Shown: positions 12,170 through 26,147 of the stretch, one piece after another
Numbering within the stretch: the stretch's first letter is position 1
How the letters are laid out: each line of letters opens with the position of its first letter
From: Octopus vulgaris
Taxonomy: Eukaryota
Assembly: GCA_951406725.2 (NCBI GenBank)
Contig: OX597828.1
Coordinates: 67,394,001 to 67,458,000 of the forward strand
Length of the DNA: 64,000 nt
Reading direction: 5' to 3'
The notes under the pieces: generated by a model
What the model was told of the DNA's origin: nothing
Database searches by the model: none
The model's input: only the letters and a program-made list of their open reading frames with translations
Program-made: the position numbers and the translations under genes

Positions 12170-14007
12170 ATAGTGATAGCAGGTAAGCTCTCCAGATGTC
12201 AGAAAAGAATAGATCAGTATCAACAGAATAAATTATTTGAGCCAGACCAGAGGAGATTTTATAACCAAATGAATAAGTACTGAGGATGAGAAGCCTAATG
12301 CAGACGAAGCTAGAAAGTTCTGAAGTAATATTTGAGATAAGACAGTCAATCATAATAGAGATGCAGTATGGTTAAAGAAAGTGAGAGAAGACATTGTTGT
12401 AGAGCTGAAAAAGAGGTAATTTCTTCTCTCCTCCTCTGGAAGCCATCTACTCGCAATACCAGAGGTCGCACACTCTCCTACCCTGATGTAATCTCCAGGG
12501 ATACAGGCATCCAGCAACAGGACCTCCGTAATGCCATGATGGACCGTGAAGTCTGGTGTAGCATGGTAAATTCCATTGTCTCGACCACGGTCGAACAATG
12601 ATGATGACCAATGATGAGGGAAGAAATAGTGAGAAGCAAGCAGATCTAAGACTAACTAGTGCATTAACAAGTGAAGTAATAGAAAAAATGCCGAATCGGA
12701 AGGGGACGAGATTTAGTTCAAGGGTACTTGATAAAAAAAATTTAGTAGTCCACATGGGAGGCTGGGGGGAACAATTCATGATTGCCTTAATGAAGGGATA
12801 ATACCAGATTGGATTACTAGAGGGAGGACAATACTCATTATGAAAGATAAGAGCAAGGGTAATACAACTAGCAACAATAGACCAAACACCAGCTTACCAT
12901 TAGTGTGGAAGCTGTTAACAAGAATGCTTTCAGAAAGCATTTACGGTCACCTTGACAACCAGAATTTACTCTCAGAAGAGCAGAAAGGTTGCAGGAAGAA
13001 GGCTAGAGGAACGCATCATCTCTTATACATAGACGAAGCAGTTCTAAATGAAGTAAAAACTAGAAAGAGAAATCATGGATTGATTATAAGAAAGCCTATG
13101 ACATGATCCCTCACTCATGTATAAGTGAATGTTTGAGTATATTCAATATAACAGACAATATAAGACAATTAGTTTTAGCATGAAGAAATGGAAATTAGAT
13201 TTCTATTCAGATGACACACTCTTAGGGAACGTTAATATCAAAAGAGGAATTTTTTAGGGGTGGGGGCTAGTTGTCCCCTTTAATATTTGTCTTCTGTTTG
13301 ACCCCACTCAGTTTATTATTAAGGAAGGCAAAGGTATCAGTTCAGAAATAGTGATGGAAAAATTAATCATTTGCTCTACATGGATGACCTGAAACTTTTC
13401 AGTAAGAATGAAAAAGAGATAGATTGTTTAATACAGACTGTAAGACTCTTCAGCAAAGATATAGGCATGGACTTTGGTATAGATAAGTGTGTAATATTAG
13501 CTATGAGAAGGGGACAGGTAGTCACCAGCGAAGGTATCCAATTACCAGATGGCCAGACATTAAAATCATTGAAAGGAGAAGAAAGTAATAAGTATCTAGG
13601 AGTATTAGAATCTGACAGAGTATTAACTATAGAAATGAAAACGAAAATTGAGGAGTACATCAGAAGGGTGAAGTCAAAGCTAAATGGTCCGAATCTAGTG
13701 AAGGCTATAAATACTTGGGCAGTATCATTACTTAGATACTTAGCAGCTTTTGTAGATTGGACAAAAACTGAATTAGCAAAGCTAGACAGAAGAACTAGGA
13801 AGGAATTCAATATGAATGGAGGACTCCACCCAAGGGCAGGAGTAGTAAGATTATACTTACCTAGAAAAGAAGGCGGAAGAGGGTTAATATCAATAGAAGA
13901 CTGCGTGGAGCTAGCTAGAGTTGATATAGACTCCTATGCAGGTAAAAGTGAAGGAAATTTATTGAAACCTGTTAGAGTCTCAGAAAGACATAGACAACCA
14001 AGGGAGA
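12170..14007 (+). mobile_element. R4/Dong-type LINE, RT and thumb domains (degenerate)
   Basis: NRPNTSLPLVWKLL, EEQKGCR, IDYKKAYDMIPHS, LLYMDDLKLF, FGIDKC, KYLGV, LHPRAGVVRLYLPRKEGGRGL (ORFs 12840-13106, 13371-14024). Confidence 0.92.
12390..12608 (+). mobile_element. Nested 3' fragment of an RTE-clade LINE
   Basis: HCCRAEKEVISSLLLWKP...GRTLSYPDVISRDTG...DLRNAMMDREVW...stop then (TGA)n tail; interrupts the host LINE. Confidence 0.8.
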
Positions 14008-14285
14008 GTAATCTTTTCTTGTAGTCTTTCTGTGCCAACATGCCACGTTCCCTTACTATATGAGTAACGCTTTCCTCTTTTGATTTGCATAAGTTACAAT
14101 GGGAATCTACTTGGTTTTTGTCTATTTTGGCATTTTTATCTAATTAGTTCTTAATGCTTGATCTTATGCAGCTACTATAAACTTTCTTTTTCGGCTTTCC
14201 TTTCTGCAACCATAGTCATGTCTCACCACTACTATATTGCTGCAACTATCTTTGGGAATCTACCATGTAACACCTCCTGCCAATC
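14008..14285 (-). mobile_element. Inverted CCHC zinc-knuckle segment of the same R4/Dong-type LINE
   Basis: Minus strand: QEVLHGRFPK...WLQKG...IVAA*DQALRTN...KIDKNQVDSHCNLCKSKEESVTHIVRERGMLAQKDYKKR. Confidence 0.85.
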
Positions 14286-15991
14286 AGATAATTTCTGTTA
14301 ATTTTTCTGGTTTTTAACTTCGTTTGGGGGTTTTTGTTTCTCTATGTGACATGCAAAATAATATTAAAGATGTCTCCTGGCAGCGTTCCGTATTCCTTTT
14401 CGAACAATACCAAAATCCTCAACCTCCGTAGTGCACGACACTATTACGGTGACGTCGACCGCATATGCCGACACGACTCACCCATGACTCATTTCGAAAG
14501 GGTTTCATCAGCAGAGCCAACACATACAATAGGCTTATGATGGGGTCACCCCTGACGAAACGGTTATGAGAAATGACCGTTCATTGTCACTGCCGAGCAG
14601 ATGTAGCTGTACATTTCTGCAAACAGGTTTCTAAAAAGGTGTCGAAACCGGCTGACATGAAGATAGTCACCGAATAGCAAAGAAAGAGCTTATGAAAAGC
14701 TTTCGTTTGATCCATGTAATATTTACTCTCTCCTTCACATACCGTACGAAGTGTAAGGGATGGGGGAACAGATCTACACAGGATTACGGAGGTGTGCACT
14801 ACCCCGGCAAAATTACCGAAATTAAGCGCCAACTCTTTTGATAACATTTTGACTAAGATCTGAAACTGTGCATTCATCAGAACTATGGGTCATAAATTAT
14901 TAGTTACATCTCCGTGTCCTCCCTCAACAGTGCTCCACTCTGGCTTCACAAAACAGCGAATTCTCCCGTTCTTCTGTCATTTGTAGTAGACATCGGTAAA
15001 CAAGTTTGTAGGTATGTGTAATAAGATCACAAAACACCATTAAATCCAGATGATTTTTTTCACTTCATACAATCATTTACCACCATTTGTGTTCCTTCAA
15101 TTTTTATCGACTTTTCACAACATTCTGTGTTCTTCTGCCGAGGGCTGCAGCAGTCGCCGAGGAAAACCACTCAAGTTCAAAACTGCCTTCAGTCTACAGC
15201 TCGGTATGAATGTTGGAACAAAAAGCCACAAGAAAACTAAAATATCTGCCACGAATTGAGTTACAGGTAATAGAGTTCCGATCCGTCAACGACCAATTTG
15301 CTGTTGTCATTGCGCGGCACACTTTTCCATCAGCTGTTGATTATTGTTTTCCTTTTTCTTGATCATATTGTTTTTAATGGTCTTTCAATCTTTAGAGAAT
15401 ATTAATTATTGTGGTTGAGGACATGGGTAGGTGTAAATTCAGAGTTTTAACTTCGGTTCTTGATGGCAGATTTTGAAGCGGAGTTGACGTCCTTTTCAAG
15501 TTATTCTAAAAATTCCTTACAAGTTTGTTTTTTTTTTTAATAAATTTTCCCCATTTTGTGTTTCTTCGTTTTCGTTGATTTATTTTATTTAAAATATATC
15601 TTTTATTTTTTACTAAAAATCTTTTGGGAGATTTTTTTCTCATTTTTTTTATCATGTATATTTTAAAGTATTAAAATTTTTCTTTCAAAGCTGCGTTGTG
15701 TTTTCCCTAAATCCTTTATTTGTTGTCTTTTCAGAGAAAAACATGATCTATTATTTATTTATTTATCTCTATATTTGTAGAGGAAAGCATTTCCTCGCTT
15801 TGCCCCCAAAATATTTACAAATTTGTCATGAATGCTTACAGATGAAGATGCACTTATGCATGTGTGCGCGCGTGTTTACGCAATGAATATGTATGCGTGT
15901 GTGACTACACACACATTAATATATATATATGCATATATATATATATGTATATATATATATATGTATACATATATATATATGTATTTATATA

Positions 15992-16063
<72 letters not shown>

Positions 16064-16446
16064 TATATATATTTATATATATATAGAGAGAGAGAGAGGT
16101 TAATGTATATATGCATGTTATGTGTGTTTGTATCTATATCTATCTGTATATATATGTGTATACACACACTCACATACATATATATTTATATGCATGTGTA
16201 TGTGTATATGCATGTGTTTGCGTGTATGCATGTATGTATACGCGCGCGTGCGCTTTAAGAAATAGATATTTTATCGGTATTCAATGTAGATTCAATAAAA
16301 ATTGATGTTCACAAAACAATGGTTACCTCAGTATAAACCTATTTATTGTTTTATATTGGTTTGGTATTTTATCTTATATTTTTGCTTCGATTCCATACGG
16401 TACTACATTAGTTTGATATTGTATATATATCGCTACATTTTATACA

Positions 16447-16503
<57 letters not shown>

Positions 16504-17294
16504 ATATGTATGTATGTATCTATTTATGTTTTTTGTAGTCACCTTACCCTCGCTGCACCGCCCTCTATAACCTGGTTCCTCACCCCCGCTTTTCTGTTGT
16601 TAACCAAATGTAGGTTTTGATTGCTGCACTGATCAAACTCTGATAAAAGTGTGTATGGAGAGAGCGGGAGGTTTCTATTTGTGTGTGCGTGCGTGTGTGT
16701 GTGTGTGTGTGTGTGTGCGCGTGTGTGTGTGTCATTATGTGTGTGTGTCTGTGTGCATGTATGTGTGTGTAGGTGTTTTTGTGTCTAAAGTTGTTTGCGT
16801 GAGTGTGTATGTAAATGTGTATGTGTGTGTTTATGTGTGTTCGTGTGTACGTATGTGTGTGTGTGTGTAGGTGTTTGTGTGTGTATCGGTATACTTGTGT
16901 AAAATTATTTGTGCCATATAGTGTGTGTGTGTGTATGTCTGTGTGGGCATGCTTGCATGCATGTGAACGTGTGTTTATGTCAGTGAGTGTTTGTGCGTAT
17001 GTGTGTGTGTATGGGTGTGTGTGTGTGTGTGTATGTATGTGTGTGTGTGTGTGTGTGTGTGTGACAATTGTATGTTTTATCAAAACTGTCTGACGAACAG
17101 TCACGTGAAACTCTGTAACAGTTTGTAGAAATTTCGGCTTTAATAAAATAATTACCCCACTTTATTTTGCATCTATGTGCGTGTGAGTGTGTGTGTGCGT
17201 GTGAGTGTGTGTGTTTCTGTGTATGTGTGTGTGTAAGTGTATGTGTGCGCGCGCGCGTACGTTATTTTACAAGTTATATATTGTTTGTGTACAC

Positions 17295-17355
<61 letters not shown>

Positions 17356-17362
17356 CATACAC

Positions 17363-17407
<45 letters not shown>

Positions 17408-17614
17408 CAGGGTGTCCCAGAAGTCGCGCACCATTCTAGTTTTCATTTAAAAGAATCAAAGCATTTTATTTTCATTATATTTTTTCCGGCATGTTTTATT
17501 GTAGAGGGCGCTCAATTTCAGCATTTCTTACGATTAATTTCAATAAAGTGTTTTTGAAATCAATAAGGGTGTATTGTTTTTAAGAAAACCAGGATGGTGC
17601 GCAACTTCTGCACA

Positions 17615-17617
<3 letters not shown>
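17408..17617. mobile_element. Tc1/mariner-type MITE
   Basis: TIRs cagggtgtcccagaagtcgcgcaccattctagtttt and aaaaccaggatggtgcgcaacttctgcacactg. Confidence 0.75.
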
Positions 17618-17707
<90 letters not shown>

Positions 17708-17779
17708 TTATATATATTACATATATATAAATTTGACATGGGCGATTCTTGTATATTTTCTTCTTTATATATATGTGTG

Positions 17780-17826
<47 letters not shown>

Positions 17827-17830
<4 letters not shown>

Positions 17831-19477
17831 ATGGATTCCCGGCATTCCTTCTAAAAGTATGTAAGAGAGTCCTAGCAAGACCACTGCAGTCTCTCTTTCA
17901 GAGCTTCCTTGCAACTGGCAAACTTCCAAGAAAACTGAAGGAAGGTAAAATATGCCCTATTCATAAAGGAGGTAGCAGAGCGGAGGCCAAGAACTACAGA
18001 CCTATCTCTCTGACCTCACACATCAGCAAGGTCATGGAACGAATAGTCAGAAGCAAACTAATCACCTTCCTTGAAGAAAATGACTTGCTGCCTGACACCC
18101 AACATGGTTTCCGACCAGGAAGAAGCTGCTTAACACAGCTCCTACAACACTATGACTGGGTGCTGAAACGACTGCTCAACCACTCAAATGTGGAAGTGAT
18201 ATATCTCGACTTTTCAAAGGCCTTTGATAAAGTCGATCATGGAATGATATGTCACAAACTGCCTGATCTTGGCATAGTTGGAAAATTTGGAGAATGGCTT
18301 CATGACTTTCTGAAGGATAGAAGTCAGGTGGTAGTAACCAATGGGGCCACTTCCATTAACACGCAAATAGTGAGCGGTGTTCCGCAGAGCACAGTTTTGG
18401 GACCACCACTACTGTTCATAATGGCCCTCTCAGACAGGCCCTCAGCCACGCAGAGAGCCACGATCACAAGTTATGCAGATGATACAAAAGTTTCACAGGC
18501 AATACAGAACCCTGAAGACACTAAGCACCTGCAATGTGAGCTGGACAAAATATACAAGTGGGCTGAAAAGAATAGCATGCAGTTCAATGCTGAAAAGTTT
18601 CAAGCTTTATGCTATCAGCATGCAAAACTGAATGCAATTACCCAATGAATACACTGGACCCGGAGGAATTGCAATCCCAGAGGCACAATCAGTGCGTGAC
18701 CTGGGTATTCACATGAGTGATGACGCAACCTTTCATGTACATGTTGCTAAACTGGCAATGAAATGTAGATGGCTGGCCGGATGGATTCTTAGAATCTTTA
18801 GAACAAGAGAACAAGAAACCATGATGGTCCTCTGGAAGACACTTGTCCTAAGCCACTTTGACTATTGCTCTCAGCTATCGTCACCATCCAGTGTCAAGTT
18901 GATCACAGAACTTGAGGCGATCCAACGAAGCTACACGAAAAAGATAGCCTCTGTGCAGCATATAAGCTACTGGGAAAGACTCAAGAGATTAAAACTCTAT
19001 TCCTTGCAGCGTAGGCGAGAAAGATATGCCATAATATATATTTGGAAGATCCTGGAAGGACTTGTCCCAAACTTTGGCATCGAGAGTCACACAAATGCCA
19101 GAACCGGGTGCCCCTGCGTGGTACCAAGGACTCCAAATTTGCCATCAAGATGTAGGACAAGATACTGTGATAGCCTGGGCTTCAGAGGCCCACAGCTCTT
19201 CAATATCCTCCCGAAGAACCTGAGGGACCTGCATGGTGAGGATGCGGATGTCTTTAAAGTAGGACTGGATCTCTTCCTGCCAAGTGTCCCGATGAACCAA
19301 CTTCACGGCAGGAGGTGCAGATGAGGGCAGCTGCATCGAACTCTCTCATGCACCAACCAAATGGCAGTTGCTAAAAAGCATTCGTGAGGTAAAATCATGT
19401 AGCAAACCAAATGGCGGTGCCCCAGCATGGCCACAGCTCATGAGCTGAAACTGGAAAGATCAAAAATCAAAATCAAA
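17827..19477 (+). mobile_element. CR1-group LINE, 5'-truncated, near-intact RT with frameshifts at about 18635 and 19290, intact 3' tail
   Basis: NYRPISLTSHISKVMERIV, QHGFRPGRSC, YLDFSKAFDKVDH, GVPQSTVLGP, YADDTK, VRDLGI, LEAIQR..SYWERLKRLKLYSLQRRRER; 3' hairpin and short tandem tail. Confidence 0.95.
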
Positions 19478-19584
19478 TATATATATATATGTATATAATG
19501 TGTATATATATGTACATATATATATTTAATGCGTATGCATATATATAATATGTGCATATATGGTCTGATTGTGCTCAAAATTCC

Positions 19585-20281
19585 CACACGTATTGAGTTC
19601 CTCAACAGCCAACTACCTCCTGGACTTCCACCTCATAACCTTTGATTGAAGGTTGGTGTTCCAGTTATACTGCTGAGAGACGTGGAACCACCTGAACTAT
19701 GCAACGCGTCTGATCATCAAAAAAATTGGGACCCTAATTCTGGCGACAACCATTCTGAGCCGACCGTCTGCTGGTGTGACAAAGTTGTTAAGCCCCATGA
19801 GCCTTAGTCCCTCGGCCGTGCCATTTGAATTTGCGCGACGACAGTTTCCCGTAAAAGTATGCTTTGCAATGAGCATCAACAAGGCACAAGGACAGTCGCA
19901 AAATTAGGTTGGGTGTGACTGCATATTGTATCCAAAACATCGTAATTATACTATATCGTATTATACTATTTCAGTTTTGTGCAGAGACCTGACTGGTGTT
20001 TTGTATTTTCCCAACATTTTTTCGTCATTCTTTGCCCTTCACATCAGCATCAGTGAGGTTTCTCCAATCGCTTCTCAAAGTCTGTTTAAACGTTTGGCAT
20101 GCTTTTTTTCATTACCAATGTTTAATAAAATTTTCGTTTTTTTTTTCCTTTCTAGAATTCCTCATCTTTAAAAAGTGACCCGAGTAGACCCGAATGAAAT
20201 CGGGTTATAATATCGAAACAAGTAAAACAATAAAAAAAAAAATATGCTATTTTAATCCCGAGTAAGGCCGGGTTTCACTAG
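19585..20281 (+). mobile_element. Helitron remnant: PIF1-like helicase fragment (about 19585-19915) and 3' terminus
   Basis: [36 protein letters not shown] and PFEFARRQFPVKVCFAMSINKAQGQS; hairpin cccg-agtaaggc-cggg then CTAG at 20278-20281. Confidence 0.9.
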
Positions 20282-20433
20282 ACCTCCACGACGGTGGAGT
20301 TACGATTTCAGGAGAACGATTGGGATCACGTGGATGAGAAAGGTGCGATCCAGAGAGGAGTGAACAGCGTGCTGTGACCAGCGGTGTCAAATGGACGCCC
20401 CACGGACTGGTCGGTCAAGGTGATCAAGGTGAT

Positions 20434-20490
<57 letters not shown>

Positions 20491-20823
20491 AGTAAAGTAG
20501 CTCGTAAGAAATCTCTGTAAGCGGTGAAAGTAGTAACTATACAGTGAAGTAATGTTTATCTCCACATCAGTATAACTGTTCCGTTGGAAGGACTTTATTA
20601 CTGAGGTTATTACTTAGGGAGGATCCTCTTCTTGCTGGTTGGTTATCGATGCAGCCTGCACCCGATGTATATATTGCAAGTAAGGGAGCGAACCCCTACC
20701 ATCTTCAACCATCCGGTTTCGGTCTATTTGTCACCATCGACAGTGGTGAGCAACCGTCCACTGAAGTTAGCAGTAATTCATCCCAGCTCGTAAATTAAGA
20801 CTTGAAAATTATATTAAAATATA

Positions 20824-21180
20824 CTAGAACTATGACCCGGCAACACCGGGACATAGTGCTAGTGCATGCATATACAGCTGCGTGCTTGCGTACATACACG
20901 CGAGAACTGTCCAAATCTCCGACCAATCGCATACAGCTAGCTGGCATTCAATTGGCATATCAAGTTTCGGGCATTTTGATTGGGTTTTGGATAGAAAATT
21001 CACAAAAAAAGTCACTTCTATTGATTTTTTAATGGCTTTGCAGGGTGACTGGGGAAATGTAAAGATGTGCACGACCACCCTTGGAAGGTTTTGAATGACC
21101 ATAGAAAGTGCGAGCCTTCTAACTGAAAAAATGTGGATTTGTATAAAGGACACACACACACACACACACACAACAGAACG
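20824..21180 (-). mobile_element. Non-autonomous Helitron with extended palindromic 3' end
   Basis: CTAG plus GC hairpin at 20824-20863; 5' region resembles the other Helitron heads (gttgtgtgt...gtcc). Confidence 0.6.
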
Positions 21181-21499
21181 CAATACGTTGGGTGAATTCA
21201 GTGACGTAGCGTGGGTTTCGAGCGTCCTGTGTGGTGGCCAAACTGGACTGCCTCCTTCCGAAAACGAAGCAGAACTTTGATTTCAGCAAATACAATTATA
21301 ATAAAGACGTTCGCACTCACCGTTCACACCAAGTTACACCTCCGGGTAGAAGTGAATACCCAGAGCTGTCAGTCTGCTCTTTGCATGCATTTGTGTGTTT
21401 ATTTACCTATGTATCTAAACACACACACACACACAAATACGCATACACACGCACACGCACACACACATACACACACGTGCATATAAACATACACATGTG

Positions 21500-21531
<32 letters not shown>

Positions 21532-21761
21532 TGCACACGCACACCCACACACACAAGCACGCACACACATATACACACACACGCATACACACATACACAC
21601 ACATGCATATAAACATACAATTGTATACACACACACACACATATATATAGTCAAATCAAATAAACGAATAAAAACAGGCAATATGAGGACGTGCATATAT
21701 ATGTATATGTATATACATATATGTGTATGTGTGTGTGCCTGTACATAATTATATATATAGA

Positions 21762-22159
21762 CTAGCAGTATCGCCCGGCGTTGCTCGGGTTGTAAGGGAA
21801 ATAACTATATAAGCATTTTTAGAGAGTTATAGCCAAAAAATAGCAAAAAAATGCATTAAAAATTGAAAAAAAATTAAGGTAAATTTTTTTTTTAAATCGT
21901 TGACACATCGTAGATATTTTCAGAGAGTTACTTCCCTTATATAAAAGCGGAAAAAATGCATTAAAATGGAAAAATATGATGGTAATTTTTTTTTTAAAAT
22001 CGTAGACTCATCGTAGACGCGCGCTAATACCCAGAAGGGCTCGATATGAATCACGACTATAAGATACCCGCTTTTGGTTAAACTGTACCGCAAAATGTGG
22101 GAGTAGTTACGAATCTAAATCGAACGGGACAGACACACAACTTCACTCTTATATAAAGA
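21762..22159 (-). mobile_element. Non-autonomous Helitron, complete
   Basis: Minus strand: 5'-TC ... cccgagcaacgccgggcgatactg-CTAG-3', inserted between A and T; homologous to 37270-37767. Confidence 0.92.
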
Positions 22160-23099
22160 TGCTTTTTTTTTTCAGTCATAGAGTTAGATTTATGAAGGTC
22201 TTCAGTAGAAAATCCTTCGAATTCTGACTCGCTGCTTGATATAATGAAATTCGTATCCATTTTTTGTCAGAATTACAAATTTTGAAAACACAATAGGAGC
22301 AAATTTTGGAAAAAAATCTCCCATAATTCACGGAATTAAAATTACACTTCGATTTTTGTACAAAACTGTATTTGAAGTGTTTACGAAGTATAATACGTGT
22401 TTTCACGAATGTACTAAAGAGATTTACTCTGATATTCTCATTTAAATATGAACAGGTAAATTCGGGCGGTTTGGTAACGAAAGGGTTTATATAAGTGTCG
22501 TCTGTTTATACATAAACACTGTTTCATACTGTCGCTAATTTACTCTCTTCCAAGAACATTTTCACTCACTCTTATCTGTTAGCTTCCCATACATTTTACT
22601 CATGTATCTATCAGCATGATAGAGAGAAACAAATATTACATCTAGTTTCACTTTATTCGTTGCACACTGTGTGTGTGCGTTTGCGTGTGGTGTAAACCAG
22701 ACTAAGAAAAGCATTTGACACACACACCAGAATGTGAGTTTTCTGTAAATTTTGCTTAATTGGAGTTTAAATTTTAAAAACTGGACCTGGCATGACGCGA
22801 TGCGTTGTACTCTTAAAAATGCTAGGTAAATTGTAATTGAAGAAATCCTATATTGTAGATTTGTTTAACTCCCAAAGGGAGGCAGATAAAATCTGCCTTT
22901 TATAATAAGAGATATATATACACATATACATGTATACATATACATACATATATATATATATGTCTGTACTTGTGTGATTGTGTGTGTACGTGTGGGTGGG
23001 GGTGTTGCATGAAAGACAGAGCACATACAAGCTGAGAGAAAGAGAGTGAGAGAGATAAGAGAGAGAGAGAGCTGATGATGATGGGCATTATGATGAGTC

Positions 23100-23420
23100 A
23101 TCTTACGGTCTATGCAGGTAGAGGAGACAACTGTAATTGTATGGCCAAGGTGTGAACTGATGGTGAGTGTTGATAGAGTGCCATGTGCTAACGAAATAAG
23201 ATTCTGGTGCCAGAAGTAAGAGAGAAGACATGGCAAAAAAAATGTCGAGGTCAGCTTTCAGAACTGGCTTTTTAAAGAATCACGTGGTGACCACAATACA
23301 AAATTACAGGTGTTGGAGGCAAGAAGTAATGAGGTCAAGCTTAGCAATGTTTGACCTCACAACCGAAAATTCAAGACAAAGAAATCAAGATGAGATGTGA
23401 TGGGCCTTGCAGCAGATCTG
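23100..23420 (+). pseudogene. Highly degenerate RTE LINE 3' remnant
   Basis: Residual Q.RR..YG and REKTW motifs, similar to 28880-29110. Confidence 0.4.
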
Positions 23421-23765
23421 GCAATTTCTGGAATTAATACAATGAAGAAAAGGAAGAAATCGTTCTGACCATTTCCCCAATTCTATTTAACTACTTATCT
23501 ATTTCTGTCTATTTGCCTGTCTACTTAGCTAGCGATGCAGTTCTAAATAATTATATCTATAATCTATATAGTTATCTATGCGTGGGTCTAATACTATCGA
23601 TCGATTTTTTCCCCCGTTTATCTCTTTTCTATATATATTCATCCATTTTATAAAATTCTCTGCCCATCTATTTCTTTATCCAGCTACCTACCTTGCAACC
23701 CATCCACCTATCAAGTTATTCCGTTTATCTATCTATTTATCTACTGCTTTCCAACCTGTCTGTCA

Positions 23766-23824
<59 letters not shown>

Positions 23825-23855
23825 TCACTCTCATATATGTATATATATATATATC

Positions 23856-24040
23856 TTTTCACTTGTTTCAGTCATTTAACTGTGGCCATGCTGGAGCACC
23901 GCCTTTAGTCGAGCAAATCGACCCCAGGACTTTGTAAGCCGAGTACTTATTCTATCGGTCTCTTTGCCGAACCGGTAAGATACGGGGACGTAGACACCAG
24001 CATCGGTTGTCAAGCGATGTTGGGGGACAAACACAGACAC
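23856..24040 (-). mobile_element. SINE family A, 3' half
   Basis: Matches the family A tail and central part. Confidence 0.88.
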
Positions 24041-24048
24041 ACACACAC

Positions 24049-24109
<61 letters not shown>

Positions 24110-24118
24110 CATACATGT

Positions 24119-24270
<152 letters not shown>

Positions 24271-24778
24271 ATATATTCATATACATACACTATGCATCGC
24301 TCTCTTTATCTTATGTACCTGTTTACCTGTGTACCAATCTAGTTATCCACCTATCCATCTTAAACACTCAAACTTCCAAACGATATCTCTCCCTCCCTCC
24401 CTCCTTCCCTATTTCATCCTACTTTCACTTTCATTGAAACCCGACCGAATTTCCATAGCCCACACCTCCTCCCCCTCCTCGACTGATTGACCACCATACA
24501 ACAACTACCCATTTCTCATTTCCAGCTTCCCCCTCATAACTACAACTACAGCAGCAACAATAACAACAGCAAGACAAAAAGAAACATATTGGGGAAAAGT
24601 GAGAGGAAATAGAGAAGTTCTCAGACTTGATGCCGATGGAAGAACTATCGCTGGAAGCGATATCTCGATAGAAATCACTACATACATATACACACGCACA
24701 CACAATTATACACATACATGCATGCATACATACATACATACATACATACGTACGTACATATATACATACATACATACA

Positions 24779-24811
<33 letters not shown>

Positions 24812-25040
24812 TTACATACAGAACTATACATAAATTCACATGCATATGCACTCTCATAAACGCTTCTACTGTATACAGAGATATCACACACACACAGTCA
24901 CACACACACACATATATTTATATATATTCATATACACAGGTATTTACACGCATGCACATACTGAGATTCATACACACACTCACAAAAAACATTCTCTCAC
25001 ACACAACACACGCAGACACACATACATATACGTACGTAAA

Positions 25041-25118
<78 letters not shown>

Positions 25119-25154
25119 AACACCTACATATATATATATATACAAATAAACACC

Positions 25155-25264
<110 letters not shown>

Positions 25265-25364
25265 TATACATATATACATATATATATATATATACATATA
25301 TACATATATATATAATATACATATATATATATAATATACATATTTAATATATACATATATATAC

Positions 25365-25406
<42 letters not shown>

Positions 25407-25896
25407 CATACAGACATACATACATAGATGCATACATATATACATACCTACATACAAATATACACATATAGCACACTCATAAAAAATGGAATCTATGGAG
25501 ATTCCCGGGTCGTAATGGTAGTAGTGACAGGGGTAGTGGAAATGGTGGCTATTGCGTTATTTTGGTGGTGGTGGTGGCGGCGGCAGTGGTGGTGGTGGCG
25601 GCGGCGCAGGCACACAATTGATTCCACGTCAGCAAATTTATTAGTTCTTGCATATCATTTCATCATTGCTTTAAAGTTTGTCCTCTCTGATCCCTGGCTT
25701 TCCATTTATCTCTCTCTCTCCTCCCCCTCTCCATCTCTCTCTCTCTTCCCTCTTCCCTCTTTCTCTTTTTTCCTTGTCTTTTTCTTTCTTTCTTTCCTCG
25801 CTCTCTCTCTCTCTCACTCTCTTTCTCCCTCTCTATATTATTTTTCAATGTATTTATGTATTTATGTGTGTGTGTGTATATATGTATACACACACG

Positions 25897-25974
<78 letters not shown>

Positions 25975-25984
25975 CACACACATA

Positions 25985-26024
<40 letters not shown>

Positions 26025-26076
26025 TATATATGTATATATATACATGTATATATATATATATACACAAACATACATA

Positions 26077-26147
<71 letters not shown>

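Noticed and set aside
14483-14515. Minus-strand CUGAUGA...GAAA suggesting an ambisense viroid-like ribozyme pair
   Set aside because: Stems I and II do not pair convincingly
22160-22860. SSSESEFEGF peptide suggesting a DNA transposon remnant
   Set aside because: No TIRs or catalytic motifs could be identified, so it was left unassigned
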